A DNA stretch of 64,000 bases, from contig CM120648.1 in NCBI GenBank assembly GCA_051362555.1, forward strand, positions 1,341,721 through 1,405,720, given 5' to 3'. The notes under the pieces were generated by a model. The model saw only the letters and a list, made by a program, of their open reading frames with translations. It made no database searches and was not told the DNA's origin. Shown here piece by piece: positions 27,364-39,273 of the stretch (position 1 is its first letter; each line of letters starts with the position of its first letter). This DNA comes from Lingula anatina. Its lineage: Eukaryota > Animalia > Brachiopoda. Both the position numbers and the translations under genes were made by a program.

Positions 27364-28775
27364 AGGACGTGGAGTATCAAGTCTGTTGCAAAGAAACGTT
27401 GATAATGAGATCGAGTTTGGCTGTTCACACCTGGTTGGCTGTGACAATAGACTCTAATTGCTGTTTGGATAGGAAGTAGGATGTATATATATGTCCAGCT
27501 GCCAGATGCCTAGCTTGTAGTCTACTGCCTTATAAGCTCTCTTGGCTAGTGTCCGTCTGTTGCATACTATAAGGTTTCAGTGGTAATTTTGTAGCCTTTT
27601 GAGATTCAGTCAAAAAATCGGTGATTGCTAGAGCCCCCTTTACGCTGCGTCCCATAGTACAGCCCAGTTTGGGAGTAAAAAATAATATTTTGCATGCCAA
27701 CAACTGGCCGGCCATTGAGTGTTTTTTCTGCAACTAAAGCGATGCTTTTGTCTACTTCCTATGAACACAGCGATTCCAGTTTCATGGTCGCGGAAAGGAT
27801 GCAGAAAGGACGCCATCTAGTGTAAAGGGGCTTTAAGGAATATATGTGAAGAACACTATGGTATCTATGCTTTTTTAGAAGATGTCAAGATGCAAAAAGT
27901 TAGGGAAAAAATGGGATATTTTTGTACAGTTGAAGCAAATGGCAATGAAGTAACTATAAAGGAAGTGATATAACTTGAAGGAATTAAAGAGTGACAAATT
28001 AATTTCCAAGAATATTTAATTACACCTTTCTACGGCTTCCGCTTACATTGTGAAAGACAAGATGCAGTCTTACAGACTACCTAAGAATTCTACATACAAG
28101 AAGTGTATATGAATTTTTTTTAAATGAATATTTGAAGAAAAAAAAACAACATAATTTTTAAAACCCAAGAGTTTATGATAAGAAACAGTTCATTGAACTG
28201 TGCCATAGAATATTTTCATAAGCAGTATGTGATAATAGTCTTCAGCATAGATAAAATGCAACTGTAACAATTCCTGGTTTTATTTTCATTGAACACATGT
28301 ATTTTCAAAAAGATGGTTCTTTCTATGGGTATGTAAATTTATCTCATTGGACATTTTTCCCCAGTAAGTATGCTGAGATTCCTAGGTGGACAGTGAGGTG
28401 AGGATATTTAATGCAAAGGGACCTTTTTAATGTTCTCTAGGGATTTTGAATATTCCGCAGAAATTCCAGTATGCTATAGCTGACAAGCTTACTCCATTGT
28501 TGGTATGACGATGGTCTTAAAAATTTCTGTCGGATCCCTTTTCTTTACCCCCTCCTGTGTTTGTGTCTGTGCTTAAACGGAAATATTCCTTATGTCAATT
28601 GGAGATTTCCTCACCAAATTGAATTTCCTTGCAATATAAGCGATATTCTACTCACGGAGCATTGTTAGACCCTTAACAGCGCTTTCGATAATTTATTCCA
28701 TTTTTCAATTTATTTGATTAAGTTCATTATAACTTGCATTCATGTATATTGTAGATGGAAATTCTGCATCAGAAG

Positions 28776-28835
<60 letters not shown>

Positions 28836-30125
28836 GCCATGATATTTATAAAGTCTGCATTGGGAGAAAAGCATATTTTTTGTAGGATATTGTCGTGTCT
28901 GGCATAAAGATCAAAAAGATAAATTTTAAGGTCATTTGAAGTAAAGGTCATCCAAGAGTCCTTGAGTAATGTGGTGGCTTTTTTGTACAACACCGATGTA
29001 AAGCAATTAACCTTGTAGTCTCAAGTAAATTCATATTTGTATGCACTGTGTAATAGTGCAACACTGGATTCATCTGAGATAGGAAATTGGGGTATAACTT
29101 AAATAGAAGAATTTAGTCGGTTTTGAAAATTTTGTTGGAAGACAAATCTCCACCAAATGTAATTTTAAGTTGAAAATTTGGTCAAACTTGAAAATGGACC
29201 TTTTGATAATTTTGAAAAGTTTGTCATTTTCGTGCATATTAAAATACAACTAATTTTTAAGTGAGAAAATTTTCAAGTTTTTACCATAAACCTTCATAAT
29301 TAATACCTTGGGATCAGATTGCGGAAGCACACAGAAGACAGACGTGATTTCGGAGAGCTAAGGGTTGGAGACTTCACCTATAATATGTAGTTAATGAGCG
29401 TTGAGAAATAGATTGTTTAGCTGGTAATTATGTGGACCTGGGTATTCTTTGTGCGACGGTACGAAAACCTGACACAAACCATGAAATCTTGGATTATGTT
29501 ATGCGCTGAGTAAAGTAAAAATGTAATATCCTATTTCGGGCCCACGCTTGAATTAAATTAATATAAGTTTAGGACATTCATTCCGTATTTAAAAAAGGTT
29601 TGTTACAATATGCAGACAGAAAATTTGACTTTGGGACGTTTTCCAACACGGATAGTATATCTTTAGATCAGCTAAGTGAACAACGCTTCGAAACAAGTTG
29701 CTGTTAATTGAAGAATCAATGTGCTTTGATTACTTAATATTTTTCTCTGCTGCGTCAGTGAAAGTGGCAGTTTTTCTTGATAAATGTACGCATGTTTTAA
29801 TCCAATCAGTGATACTGGCTGAAAACAAGATCTTATGCACATGTAAAAACATGTGCTTCTGTAACCTTAAATATCTCTCTTGAGACGTGCCTAATGCAAT
29901 GAGTCATGGAAAGCAAGGTTGTTAAGATCTGGTGTGTAATGTCTAGATATTTATCATTGACTCCAAAGAAGACAAACATTTGTGAACATCTTGGATGCTG
30001 TTAATGTTGAGCAAAAAATTTTGTCAGTATAGGCTTGCAGATGCCGTTGGCCATTGTTGTAATGGTAATGAAAACTTGGTAATTGTATTTGGGGTTGTAG
30101 CACTGCTGTAACTCTGTACCGTGGA

Positions 30126-30128
<3 letters not shown>

Positions 30129-30165
<37 letters not shown>

Positions 30166-30235
30166 GATGTTGTATTCTAAGGTTGGTGTTGAGAGAGAGA
30201 GAGAGAGCTAGACGATGTTGTATTCTAAGGTTGGT

Positions 30236-30274
<39 letters not shown>

Positions 30275-30356
30275 CCATGTTGTATTCTAAGGTTGGTGTT
30301 GAGAGAGAGAGAGAGATACCATGTTGTATTCTAAGGTTGGTGATGAGAGAGAGAGA
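30129..30356. repeat. Compound repeat: (GA)n tracts alternating with ATGTTGTATTCTAAGGTTGGTG (4 spacers)
   Basis: Seen directly; GA tract length varies between units. Confidence 0.9.
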
Positions 30357-30964
30357 CTTCTAATATAAAGAAGGATGTTGTGATGAATGATGATGATTTT
30401 GTCATCAAGCCAAACTGGTGAGGATGTAGGTAAGGAGATTTTGATTAAGAAATTAGCCTTGATCTTTAGCTACAAATTTATTGTAAAATGGAAATCCGAT
30501 TTTTTTTCTGAAACTATATAGACCTATGCTTTTATGTGTCTGGGGTAGCGCCAGCAATTTTTTCCAATTAGCCAAATCGCCACTTTATTTGTCAATTAGT
30601 TATCCAAATGGTTTTAATTTGACAAAAATTAGTCAAACTAAGCCGTTCTTGTGTAGCCAATTTAAGCCAGTCGTAGCATTTGGCTAAATTGGCGAATGTT
30701 AACGCTATCCAAGTTTGTGGTGTGGAGTTATGCTTGGGGGGGAGTCTCCTTTCATCTTTATGAGATTGGGGTCACAAGTGGATTTTCATGGCCATTAGCT
30801 ACTGAAACTAAAAACACATCTTCTGGAACCATAAAAGCTACAGACCTTTTGTTTGTTTCATTTTGTAGAGCTTGTCAAGCGTAACGTGAGAGGTGGTGGC
30901 AGTTTTTTATGTACAAACACAATGTGTAAAGTGATTATGCTTTGGTGTCTACGATTTTGTTTTA

Positions 30965-31510
30965 TACCCCATTCACACTACGCTCAGTTATCCGGATAAG
31001 TTGCGAATTAGGTCACAATTTGAATAAATACAGTAGTGTGAACGCAAGAGGATTTCTGTAATGCGAATTTTCAAAATCCTGCAAGTGAGGTGGATTTCTT
31101 AGCGCGATTCGAATAACTTACCGGAATCGACACCTGTACAGATCTTACTGCGCACATGTGCAGATAAGTTTGGGTATTTATGAACGCTTGTTTATTACTT
31201 TAACTATTGCACCAAACGTATTTGGAAGTCACCACTCACTACAACATGAGGAAACATAAACTTATTTTGCCATCTTATACTTCTCAAGAATGCTGGAATA
31301 TCTTTTGAGTTGCATTTGAGTTTTGTTGGTATTTTAAGATTTCCTGTGCGGCGCATGCGTGAGCGTTCAAAACAGGAAGTTAAACCTGAAATTTACAACG
31401 TGTGATTCGGTTTCTCTTCACGTGTGTGAACGTAATACCGAATCGAATTCCTCACGAAAAATTCGAATTATATAAATGCGTATTTTTGCAACTGTAGTCT
31501 GAATAGGGTA
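30965..31510. mobile_element. ~550-bp MITE
   Basis: Imperfect TIR taccccattcacactac / gtagtctgaatagggta. Confidence 0.65.
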
Positions 31511-32087
31511 ATAGTCTAACAGAATCTTCAAGTTTGTCAGACAGAATGTCTGACAGTTTTATTGGCCTTTCATAAAGTCTGACTTTCTCTCTTAGATTTT
31601 GAAAAAAAAAAAGGCATATTCTGTAAACAATTATACATTGAATATCTTCACCTTCACTTGAATTTGACCTTTATTCTACTTCTGCCCATAAAATACTCTT
31701 ACAACATTGACCCAACCCTACTCTTCCACAACTAACACATATCCATACATACCTTCCCTCCAACTTGAATACCCCTACTCTTGCTGGTGGTACAAAACCA
31801 GGAGGCCGTAGTGCCTCTCTGATCCTGTAGTTTGTAAAGGAAGGAACATCTGTGTGACGCGTACTTTCCTACGATAATATATTCGATTCCATCCTGGGAG
31901 AGAGTATCCATTTGTCGATGACATGATCTGTCCTAGGAAAAAATGTCCGACTGGGATATTCTGTTCTGGTATAAGGTATAAATTTGACAGATACTGCCCT
32001 AAGATGAAATGAGTAAGACATTTTGTTCTGGAATAAGGTATCTATTTGACGTGCCCTGTCCTAGGATAAAATGACATTTGGGTAGTC

Positions 32088-32417
32088 CAGGCCTACCCAA
32101 CTACAGTACCAGACTTGGCACCCTATGATCCCGAATTCACTTGTAGATCGGACCACACCACCCGTTTTCAAGGTGTGCATCAGTACTCATTTCACAGTAT
32201 CATACCCACGAACAAATTTTGAGATGAGATGCACTACTTTCCAATCCCGCTCAGAATCATCGCTATCACATCACGTAGTAGGCAAGAGCGGGTTGTAGCA
32301 TCTGATACTTCGAAGCGCGTACTAGTACTGACGCATACCTTGAAAACGGTATTGTGCTCCGATCAACCGGTGAATTCAGGATCATTTGGTGCCAAGTCTG
32401 GTAGTTGGGTAGGCCTG
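32088..32417. mobile_element. MITE family F (others 24947-25272, ~968-1031 partial)
   Basis: TIR CAGGCCTACCCAACTAC / GTAGTTGGGTAGGCCTG; flanking direct repeat TAGTC. Confidence 0.88.
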
Positions 32418-32567
32418 TAGTCTATTCTGGGATAATGTATATATATCTGTTTGACTGCACTTGGTATCTATTTGCTGTCCTAGGATAAAATACTTCTTGT
32501 GTACAGGGGGCATCATTACAAAGACAAGGTTAATGTATCTAAAAATTATATTGGTTTCTTGTTTCAG

Positions 32568-32650
32568 ATCAAAATACAAAACACCAGCAGTTGATAAACT
32601 AAGGTCCCTTTTGCGGTGGCAAAAGAGGAATAATCAGCTGATTCAGTTAA
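32568..32650 (+). other. per: Candidate 5' UTR exon of per (83 nt, non-coding)
   Basis: Acceptor tttcttgtttcag, donor GTAAGT at 32651, no ATG inside, just upstream of the start-codon exon. Confidence 0.55.
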
Positions 32651-33329
32651 GTAAGTGAAAATAATAAAAAAGTGAGTTAATTTTAGTTATTTTCTATCCA
32701 AATTTAGTGTTAAAATATTCTGGAGATGAGGAATTTCACACCATTTTATGAATTTAGTCTGTTTTGTTAGTCAGCAATTAATGGTTCTCAAAAATACATT
32801 TAAATATAGCGTATCGAATGAAAAAATGGTGTGAATACATCTGACATTTAGTAGATAAGTGGCAAAATGCAAATTTAGGACTGACTTCTCGCTAGAGTGC
32901 TTTCAGTGTAATCAGCTTAATTACCAATTGTTAATTACCCCCCAGCAGCTTGAACAGGAGTGCCAGACATTAAAGCCACTTTCACTGAATGCAGTTTAGC
33001 GAGAATCCCGGCAGAGTTAGATCGATCCAGCTAGTATGATGTGTTTATGGGAATGCTCCCTTATAACAATAAAAACAATGACAAATACAAGAAATTAATA
33101 AATGAATTACTAAATGAATAAGTAAATGATACTAATAGAAGTAAAATAAGGGTATATGGACCACAACTGAAGTGCATCTTTGTGAGTGTTTGAAATCCTT
33201 AATTCCTGAAAAAGTTTGATGTTAGAAAAATCAAAGTTGTTGAAAATTTTGATGTATTTATCACATTTCAGATTAGGCTTGAGGCCTAGTGTTTGGTTTG
33301 CTAAGCGTCCCCCGTAGACCACTCTGGCT

Positions 33330-33398
33330 ATGGACGATGGGAAAAGACAAAAAAGACAACCAGCAACAGTTGTCCCCTTCAGTTTCTGGGTCACCTGA
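33330..33398 (+). promoter_or_regulatory. Out-of-frame upstream ORF overlapping the per start codon (22 aa)
   Basis: gctATGG at 33330, 7 nt before the in-frame ATG 33337; reads MDDGKRQKRQPATVVPFSFWVT* with TGA at 33396-33398. Confidence 0.65.
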
Positions 33399-33416
33399 AG
33401 CACCTCAACAACAACA
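33337..33416 (+). CDS. per: per coding exon 1 (MGKDKKDNQQQLSPSVSGSPEAPQQQ); exon probably starts at 33272
   Basis: Acceptor tttcag ending at 33271, in-frame TGA at 33280 upstream of ATG 33337, donor GTAAGT at 33417; phase 2 matches the next exon. Confidence 0.75.
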
Positions 33417-34468
33417 GTAAGTGTGTGTGTGTGTGTGTGTGTATGTTTGCATGTGTCTGAACATTTTCTTCTTCACTGTGGTTTTTATATATATATACTT
33501 TTATATATTCTGATTGATCTGTCTGTGCCCCGTAACTTCCAAACGATATTTTTGTTTTACATTTAATTCACTGAGTGGCTTTGTTTGGTAAAAAGGCAGG
33601 TTAATTTCGAAAATCAGCATGATCATTGTACATTTACGGTAATTATTAATTTTTTTTTTAATGAGTTTTTTTTAATTTTTCAGACATTAGCATTTTTAGT
33701 GGGTTTTATATCCCATGGAACTGGATCGCTTTCTAGTTTTTCAATGTTGATGTAACCTTTAGTACACTATGTAAGATTGACAATGTAATGGCTGAGCAGT
33801 GCACTGTATCAAAAATAAACAGAGAGAGATAAAAACTTTTAAATGGTTTAGCAAAGACAATAAAAAAAAAAACTAGTGAAACCTAAAAATACTTGATTTT
33901 AAAATGTGTTCAAATGTAGTTTTTGCCGTTTTTTGGTACGATTGGTTGATGTTGATTAAAACGCTAGTCATGTCAAGGAAAGAAGAAGTGAGTCATGTAG
34001 ACGAGTTGGAATATGGACTCGTATTGTCTCGATTTATCTTGAGGGAACATTCTCCATTGCTGTATGAAGTCTTAAAAGTTTTAATTGGAAGCGGTTGGGA
34101 AAATTGCAAAACGTCAACAAGTAAGTTTCTATGCCTTCCCCTCTGTGGATTATTCTAAGGATTAGGTTAGAAAGGAGAGAAAAAATGCAAGTAATAGGTG
34201 AATTCCAGGAGCAAAGACACCCATTGGCTAAAAGGATGATAAAAAGCATTTTTAATTTATTAGAAGACTTGGATTCAGTTGAGATTGAACTCACTTTTTC
34301 CACTGCCGAATAACTGTGCATTCTGAAAATTTCATCAAAGCTTATGAAGAACTTTTTAACACATTTTGTCCACTATCAAAGAAAAATAGGGGCCAATCGA
34401 TCAAAATATAACCTCGTTTTATAGGTATAAGGGAAACATTTTGTGATAACTAGACCTAGACGGGTGTT

Positions 34469-34611
34469 CAGGGCCCCGTATCTTGAAAGCATCGCGCATT
34501 GCGACCGTCTCGATTCCATAACTCGCCCATAATCACCCCATATAATACCTTGTAGCCTCTATGTGATATAGCTATTCATAATACGTGATGCTTTCGAGAT
34601 ATGGGGCCCTG
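34469..34611. mobile_element. Small MITE with CWG ends
   Basis: cagggccccgtatcttgaaagcatc / gatgctttcgagatatggggccctg. Confidence 0.78.
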
Positions 34612-36576
34612 GTTTCATCGTGGGATTAAATAATATTCAACATTCTGCTTTGGGTCTTTGCTGAAAATCAAGCCAGGTATCCATTGTTTTTCGCAGCCTT
34701 TTGTGTTTAGCATAAAAAATTGTGTTCATCTGAAGTTACTGTTATACCTGGCTTATAGCACTAACATATAAAAAAAAATTGCCCATACGCAAACAAATAC
34801 AAGGAGCTCGTTATGCACATGTAATCGCTCATTATGCATATGTAATTGTGCTGTAGTTACGCGGTCAAATGTTGATGTATGTTTGCATACCTGTGGGAAG
34901 ATTAAATGTTTTGAGCATACATATTCAAAAATAACGTCATACACTGCTTGTATCTTCATTTTCATACGCAGGAAAATGGGTGATTTCATTCGCTCAAAGT
35001 TGTGCATAATCAGTTTTAGATACAATACTCCTATGTACGTCTCTGTGCCTGGTGTGAGGGAGCTTTAAGCCTCGTAACCATTGCTAGACATGTGAAAATT
35101 GGAAAAGAAATGCTCATTTGACAGGTTTCTGTAGAGATGATGACTTTTAATATATTAGCATTTTCTGAAATCACTAATCCGTATTGACTGCTTAAACAGA
35201 AATGTATTTTAAGTCAATGCTTTAGGAAGCCTGTAATCTTTTGTTTCAGAAGATAATTCAAAGCTGTAAATAAAATGTGTTTTCTTTTGGCTTTTGTTTA
35301 TCATCATGGCATTTAAATAATCTAAAGATATCAATTTGAGAATAAACCTTTAATAGCAAATGAGTATTTCAGGTAAGAAAGGTGGAAAAACGTAGCTTCC
35401 TTTTAGCAGTTGTAAGATTCATGCAAAAATAGAAAATAGACATTGGGTTTCTTCACATGTACTGAAATGTGCTTCATTAGCACTAAATCTTTGGTTTATC
35501 AAGTCCCAGGGATTTAAGGTTTGCTCTTTAATCTTCAAATCAGAGTTAAGAAGGATTAAAATCCTTTGGTACAGATTGATTTCTTGAGTTAATTTTAGAA
35601 GACCTCCAGCCTACGAGCCTTTTAAAAGTGAAAAAGAGGTTATGTGGGTGTATCTGCGGCTGTTGCAGGCTTACGTTCCGGTTACTGAAGCACTGTGTCC
35701 TGTCCTCTTACTGACATTATATTTGTGAACACTACACTGTATTGCTCTTGTAAAAGGACAGGAAAAGCAATCTTTCCTCTCTCCAAACTTCTTAATTTAT
35801 CTTGTTTCTCTGTAGTGCACATGAACTTTGCAGTTTTCCTGGCTACAAAAGTGTAGGGGACACTAAGACTGAAGACCAGTAAAAAAAGACCAAGACAATA
35901 CTTTTAATAAAAACGTGGCATACTCTTCACACTAATTTGTGCTGCAAGTTCTCACTGTTCAAACCCTGGGCAGTTTTTCATAATCGGCGAGGTGAATCTT
36001 TGGAAATCACTGAATACTGAAGGTTTTGAATTAACAGACAATGTAAATCCACACTTTAGTCTGGAATTCCGGAGCTCAAAGATCTATTGATCCAAAACTG
36101 CTGAAAAAAAAAAAAATAATAATAAATTAATTAAAACCATAGGAATTGAGCCAATTGACAAAATTTTACTGGCATTTGGCATGATGGCAGTATAAACCTC
36201 CAAACACTGATGAGAATTAAGTGTAGAAAGTGGTTAACTGGTACGTGGACATGAAAGGGATTGCTAAGGGACCATTCAGATCGAGAAGAGCCGAGTGCTA
36301 GTAAGGTTGCGACCTAAATATGGCGGACCTACATGAAAGGAAGACCACTAATCCTGTAATGGTCTCTCCTCCTCTCACACGCCTCCCCATGCCTTGTTCC
36401 TTGACCGGTTGAATTGAGCTGAGATTTAAGTACTGTACCCCTGCAGGGACGACGCATGGGGAGGACTAACAGAATTTCGTGTAGGTCCGCCATCTTTACT
36501 TACTAGACCTCGGCTCTTCTTGATGTGAATGCTCCCTAAGAATCTTGGTGGTACAGTTTGATGTCTTTTCTTGCAG

Positions 36577-36749
36577 ATTAGAAACAATGGACAAGCTGCT
36601 GCAGCATAGAGAAGCAAAGAGGGCACAAGTGCGAGAATGCATACGCACGCTCAAGCAGCTGGCGCCGCCAGCTCGCAAGGGTCGAAAAGAGAAGGTCGGC
36701 ACCTTGGTGGCATTGATGCACGCAGTCGAAAGTATTCGCCAGGCTGAAG
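36577..36749 (+). CDS. per: per coding exon 2 (N-terminal helical region)
   Basis: LETMDKLLQHREAKRAQVRECIRTLKQLAPPARKGRKEKVGTLVALMHAVESIRQAE; resembles the vertebrate PER K-x-STLxxLxYAL motif; cag/gttag, phase 2-1. Confidence 0.9.
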
Positions 36750-37226
36750 GTTAGCACTTTGATGACCAATGATCTGAGTAACAACAGTTTTCATTGGTTA
36801 CAAGTTTGCACTGCTCACACATTGAAGGCACCAGATTGGCCAAAGAAAGAGCCTCTTTGTTTAGTATCATGGGAACTCTATAATCCTGAAATACAAAAAG
36901 AGAAAAAGAAAAAAATGCTGGGGTAGTGCTAGTAATTTTTTTCACTTAGCCAAATCACTACTTTTTCATTAATGTACAGATATTAAGAAAATGTAGGGGT
37001 AGAAATGAGCATTAATTTTTGTCCTAAGCAGCTGCATTGTTCTGAAACTTGCAGGAACAATGATCTCGTATTATTTTTGTCATAGATCACTGGGTCCATC
37101 ATGTGCTTTGTACAAGTTTTTATGCACTTTCAGAGTTCATACATTCTCAAGTGCTTCAGAATAATCACGCAGTAGGTATTGACTTATACATGGAACAGTC
37201 CATATAAAGAATCTATAATAATAACA

Positions 37227-37264
<38 letters not shown>

Positions 37265-37287
37265 GTGAATAAAAATCGAAATTTCAG

Positions 37288-37349
37288 AGAAGAACCCTGC
37301 TGTGCCCAGCCAGCTGTCTAATATAACAGAGAAATATCTCTCTTTGAAG
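37288..37349 (+). CDS. per: per coding exon 3
   Basis: EKNPAVPSQLSNITEKYLSLK; tttcag/GTAAGT; phase 1-0. Confidence 0.85.
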
Positions 37350-38056
37350 GTAAGTTCTCTGGAAGGTTAAGAACGCCTGTATTGATAGGAGTATATTTGC
37401 ACTAAAAAATGGCACCATGTCTGTTAGGTCCTTGTATAGCAAGGAGGTGATTTTCCTAGAAATGTTAGCAAGTTTCTCTTCATTACCAGGGTATTAGTTA
37501 TTTACCCTGTCCAAAACTGTGGAGCAAATCTGGATCCATGAACCCTGCCCCTAACAATCAATTTACCATTTTGACGTCATGAGAAAAATTTGGCTGATTT
37601 TCATCTCCATTTATAGAGTAGCTCAAAAATGAGGAATTGAGTACTCAGAAACTTGTTTTAAAAGGATTAAGACTTTGTTAGCAGGTTTTGGATTGGGCAT
37701 AGGTTGTTAATGAAGGGGACAGGTGTTGACAATTGGCAGGAAAATAAAAATTTTCTGTAATCAGTCTAAAACTTACTGTTTGACTCGAACATTATATGCT
37801 GACTGTAAAATTTATTAGCATTATCTCTTTTGCTTAAATTTACATTAATGAGATATTACTTATTAAGACTCCGTTCACATGAAAAATCTATTTTCTAAAA
37901 ATCTATTTTCTATTCGCGGTATCTTATGATCACTCCGAGCGCAGCCGAGAATTAATTACAGCTTTGGAAGTAACTGGCTCGCGCTGCCAGTAATTACGCC
38001 GCGGGGTATTCAGGGCACAGACCATGATCCCAAGATACCGCAAATAGAAAATAGAT

Positions 38057-38833
38057 TTTTATGTACAGACACAGATGTGTCTGTACATATTGCCATCACC
38101 TGCGTCTGTCGTCGCCGATGCCGATGCCGATGCCGATGCCGTGCACTTTCCTTGTAAACACGATAAGTGGAGGGCAGTTTTACTTTTTGGCTTTATATTT
38201 ACAGAGCTGGTGAATATTCATAAAACGCAGGTCAAGTTCGAAAATCAGCATGATCGGGCCATTATTGTAGAAGTTATGCTTTTTTTTTCACTTTTTCAGC
38301 ATATTTCACATATTGGCATTTTCAAGGTGTGACTTTGAAGTTCTACATGCTTGAAGACCCATGCTAGTCACATTTTCTGAAAATCCATGATACGTATATT
38401 TTATTATTAAAAATTGACGGTCATTATGCTGTTAACCAATATGTAATATTGCATCAGAATAGAAGAAAACAATTATGGGTGCTGCTGCCATGATGACCAT
38501 TATGGGAAAACCATGTTACTTATGTTTGTCGAATGTTCAAAAAAGAAATGCAGGACTAAAATGCAGCCTGGGTTGGAAAAGTAGTCTAATTGGCTTCTTT
38601 TTCTGGAAGTTATACATTTTCAAAGTGTGAACTTGAACTCCCAAGGCCCTGAAGCCTTATGCTTGTTACACGTTTTACTTACATTGGTATTACCTGTTGA
38701 GCATAATTAAAATTTGATGTTGAATTTGCAGTTTAACATAATGTACTTTTGCATCAGAATTGACAGTAGCCTATTTTGTGCATAGTTATTTCCTGCTTTT
38801 TGTCTGTACATTTGACAGCTTTGCTGCCTTGTT
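38057..38833 (+). mobile_element. Second Helentron-type (HINE) family, inserted into a T-run of a family E MITE; inverted relative ends near 20355
   Basis: 5' ATGTACAGAC..GTCTGTACAT plus (GCCGAT)n; 3' GTCTGTACAT plus short hairpin CAGCTTTGCTG; splits the host TIR agattttt|ttagaaaatag with no TSD. Confidence 0.78.
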
Positions 38834-39010
38834 AGAAAATAGATTTTTCATGTGAACGAAGCCTAAGAATGCTATTTTCATATAAATATTTTTACTGACA
38901 TCTTAAGAATTTGTTCCCAAGTTTCTTTTGTATTTGTTATATGACTTTGATGCTAGAGCAACCTGAGTCATTAAGATATTATGCAGGAATTTGCTTAACT
39001 TTAAGTCCAA

Positions 39011-39185
39011 GGCCCCATTCAGAATGGGGGACTAACTAGTCCGAGCATCAAATATGGTGACCAACTACAAAGCTTGCCATCTAATCCCCTAGTAGACACT
39101 GAATAGATATCCTGTGGGGAAGTATTTAAGGGGGTCGGCCACATTTGACCCTCGGACTTGTTAGTCCCCTATTCTGAATGGGGCC
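39011..39185. mobile_element. MITE family A (PIF/Harbinger-like, ~175 bp) inserted in the outermost copy of the 78-bp array
   Basis: TIR GGCCCCATTCAGAAT / ATTCTGAATGGGGCC; 3-bp TSD CAA. Confidence 0.9.
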
Positions 39186-39273
39186 CAAGTCTGGATATGT
39201 CCTTGCTTTAATTTTGATGATGTTCGTCGCCATTTTGTGTATTAAATTGTTTTACTGAACTTCTTTATTTTAG

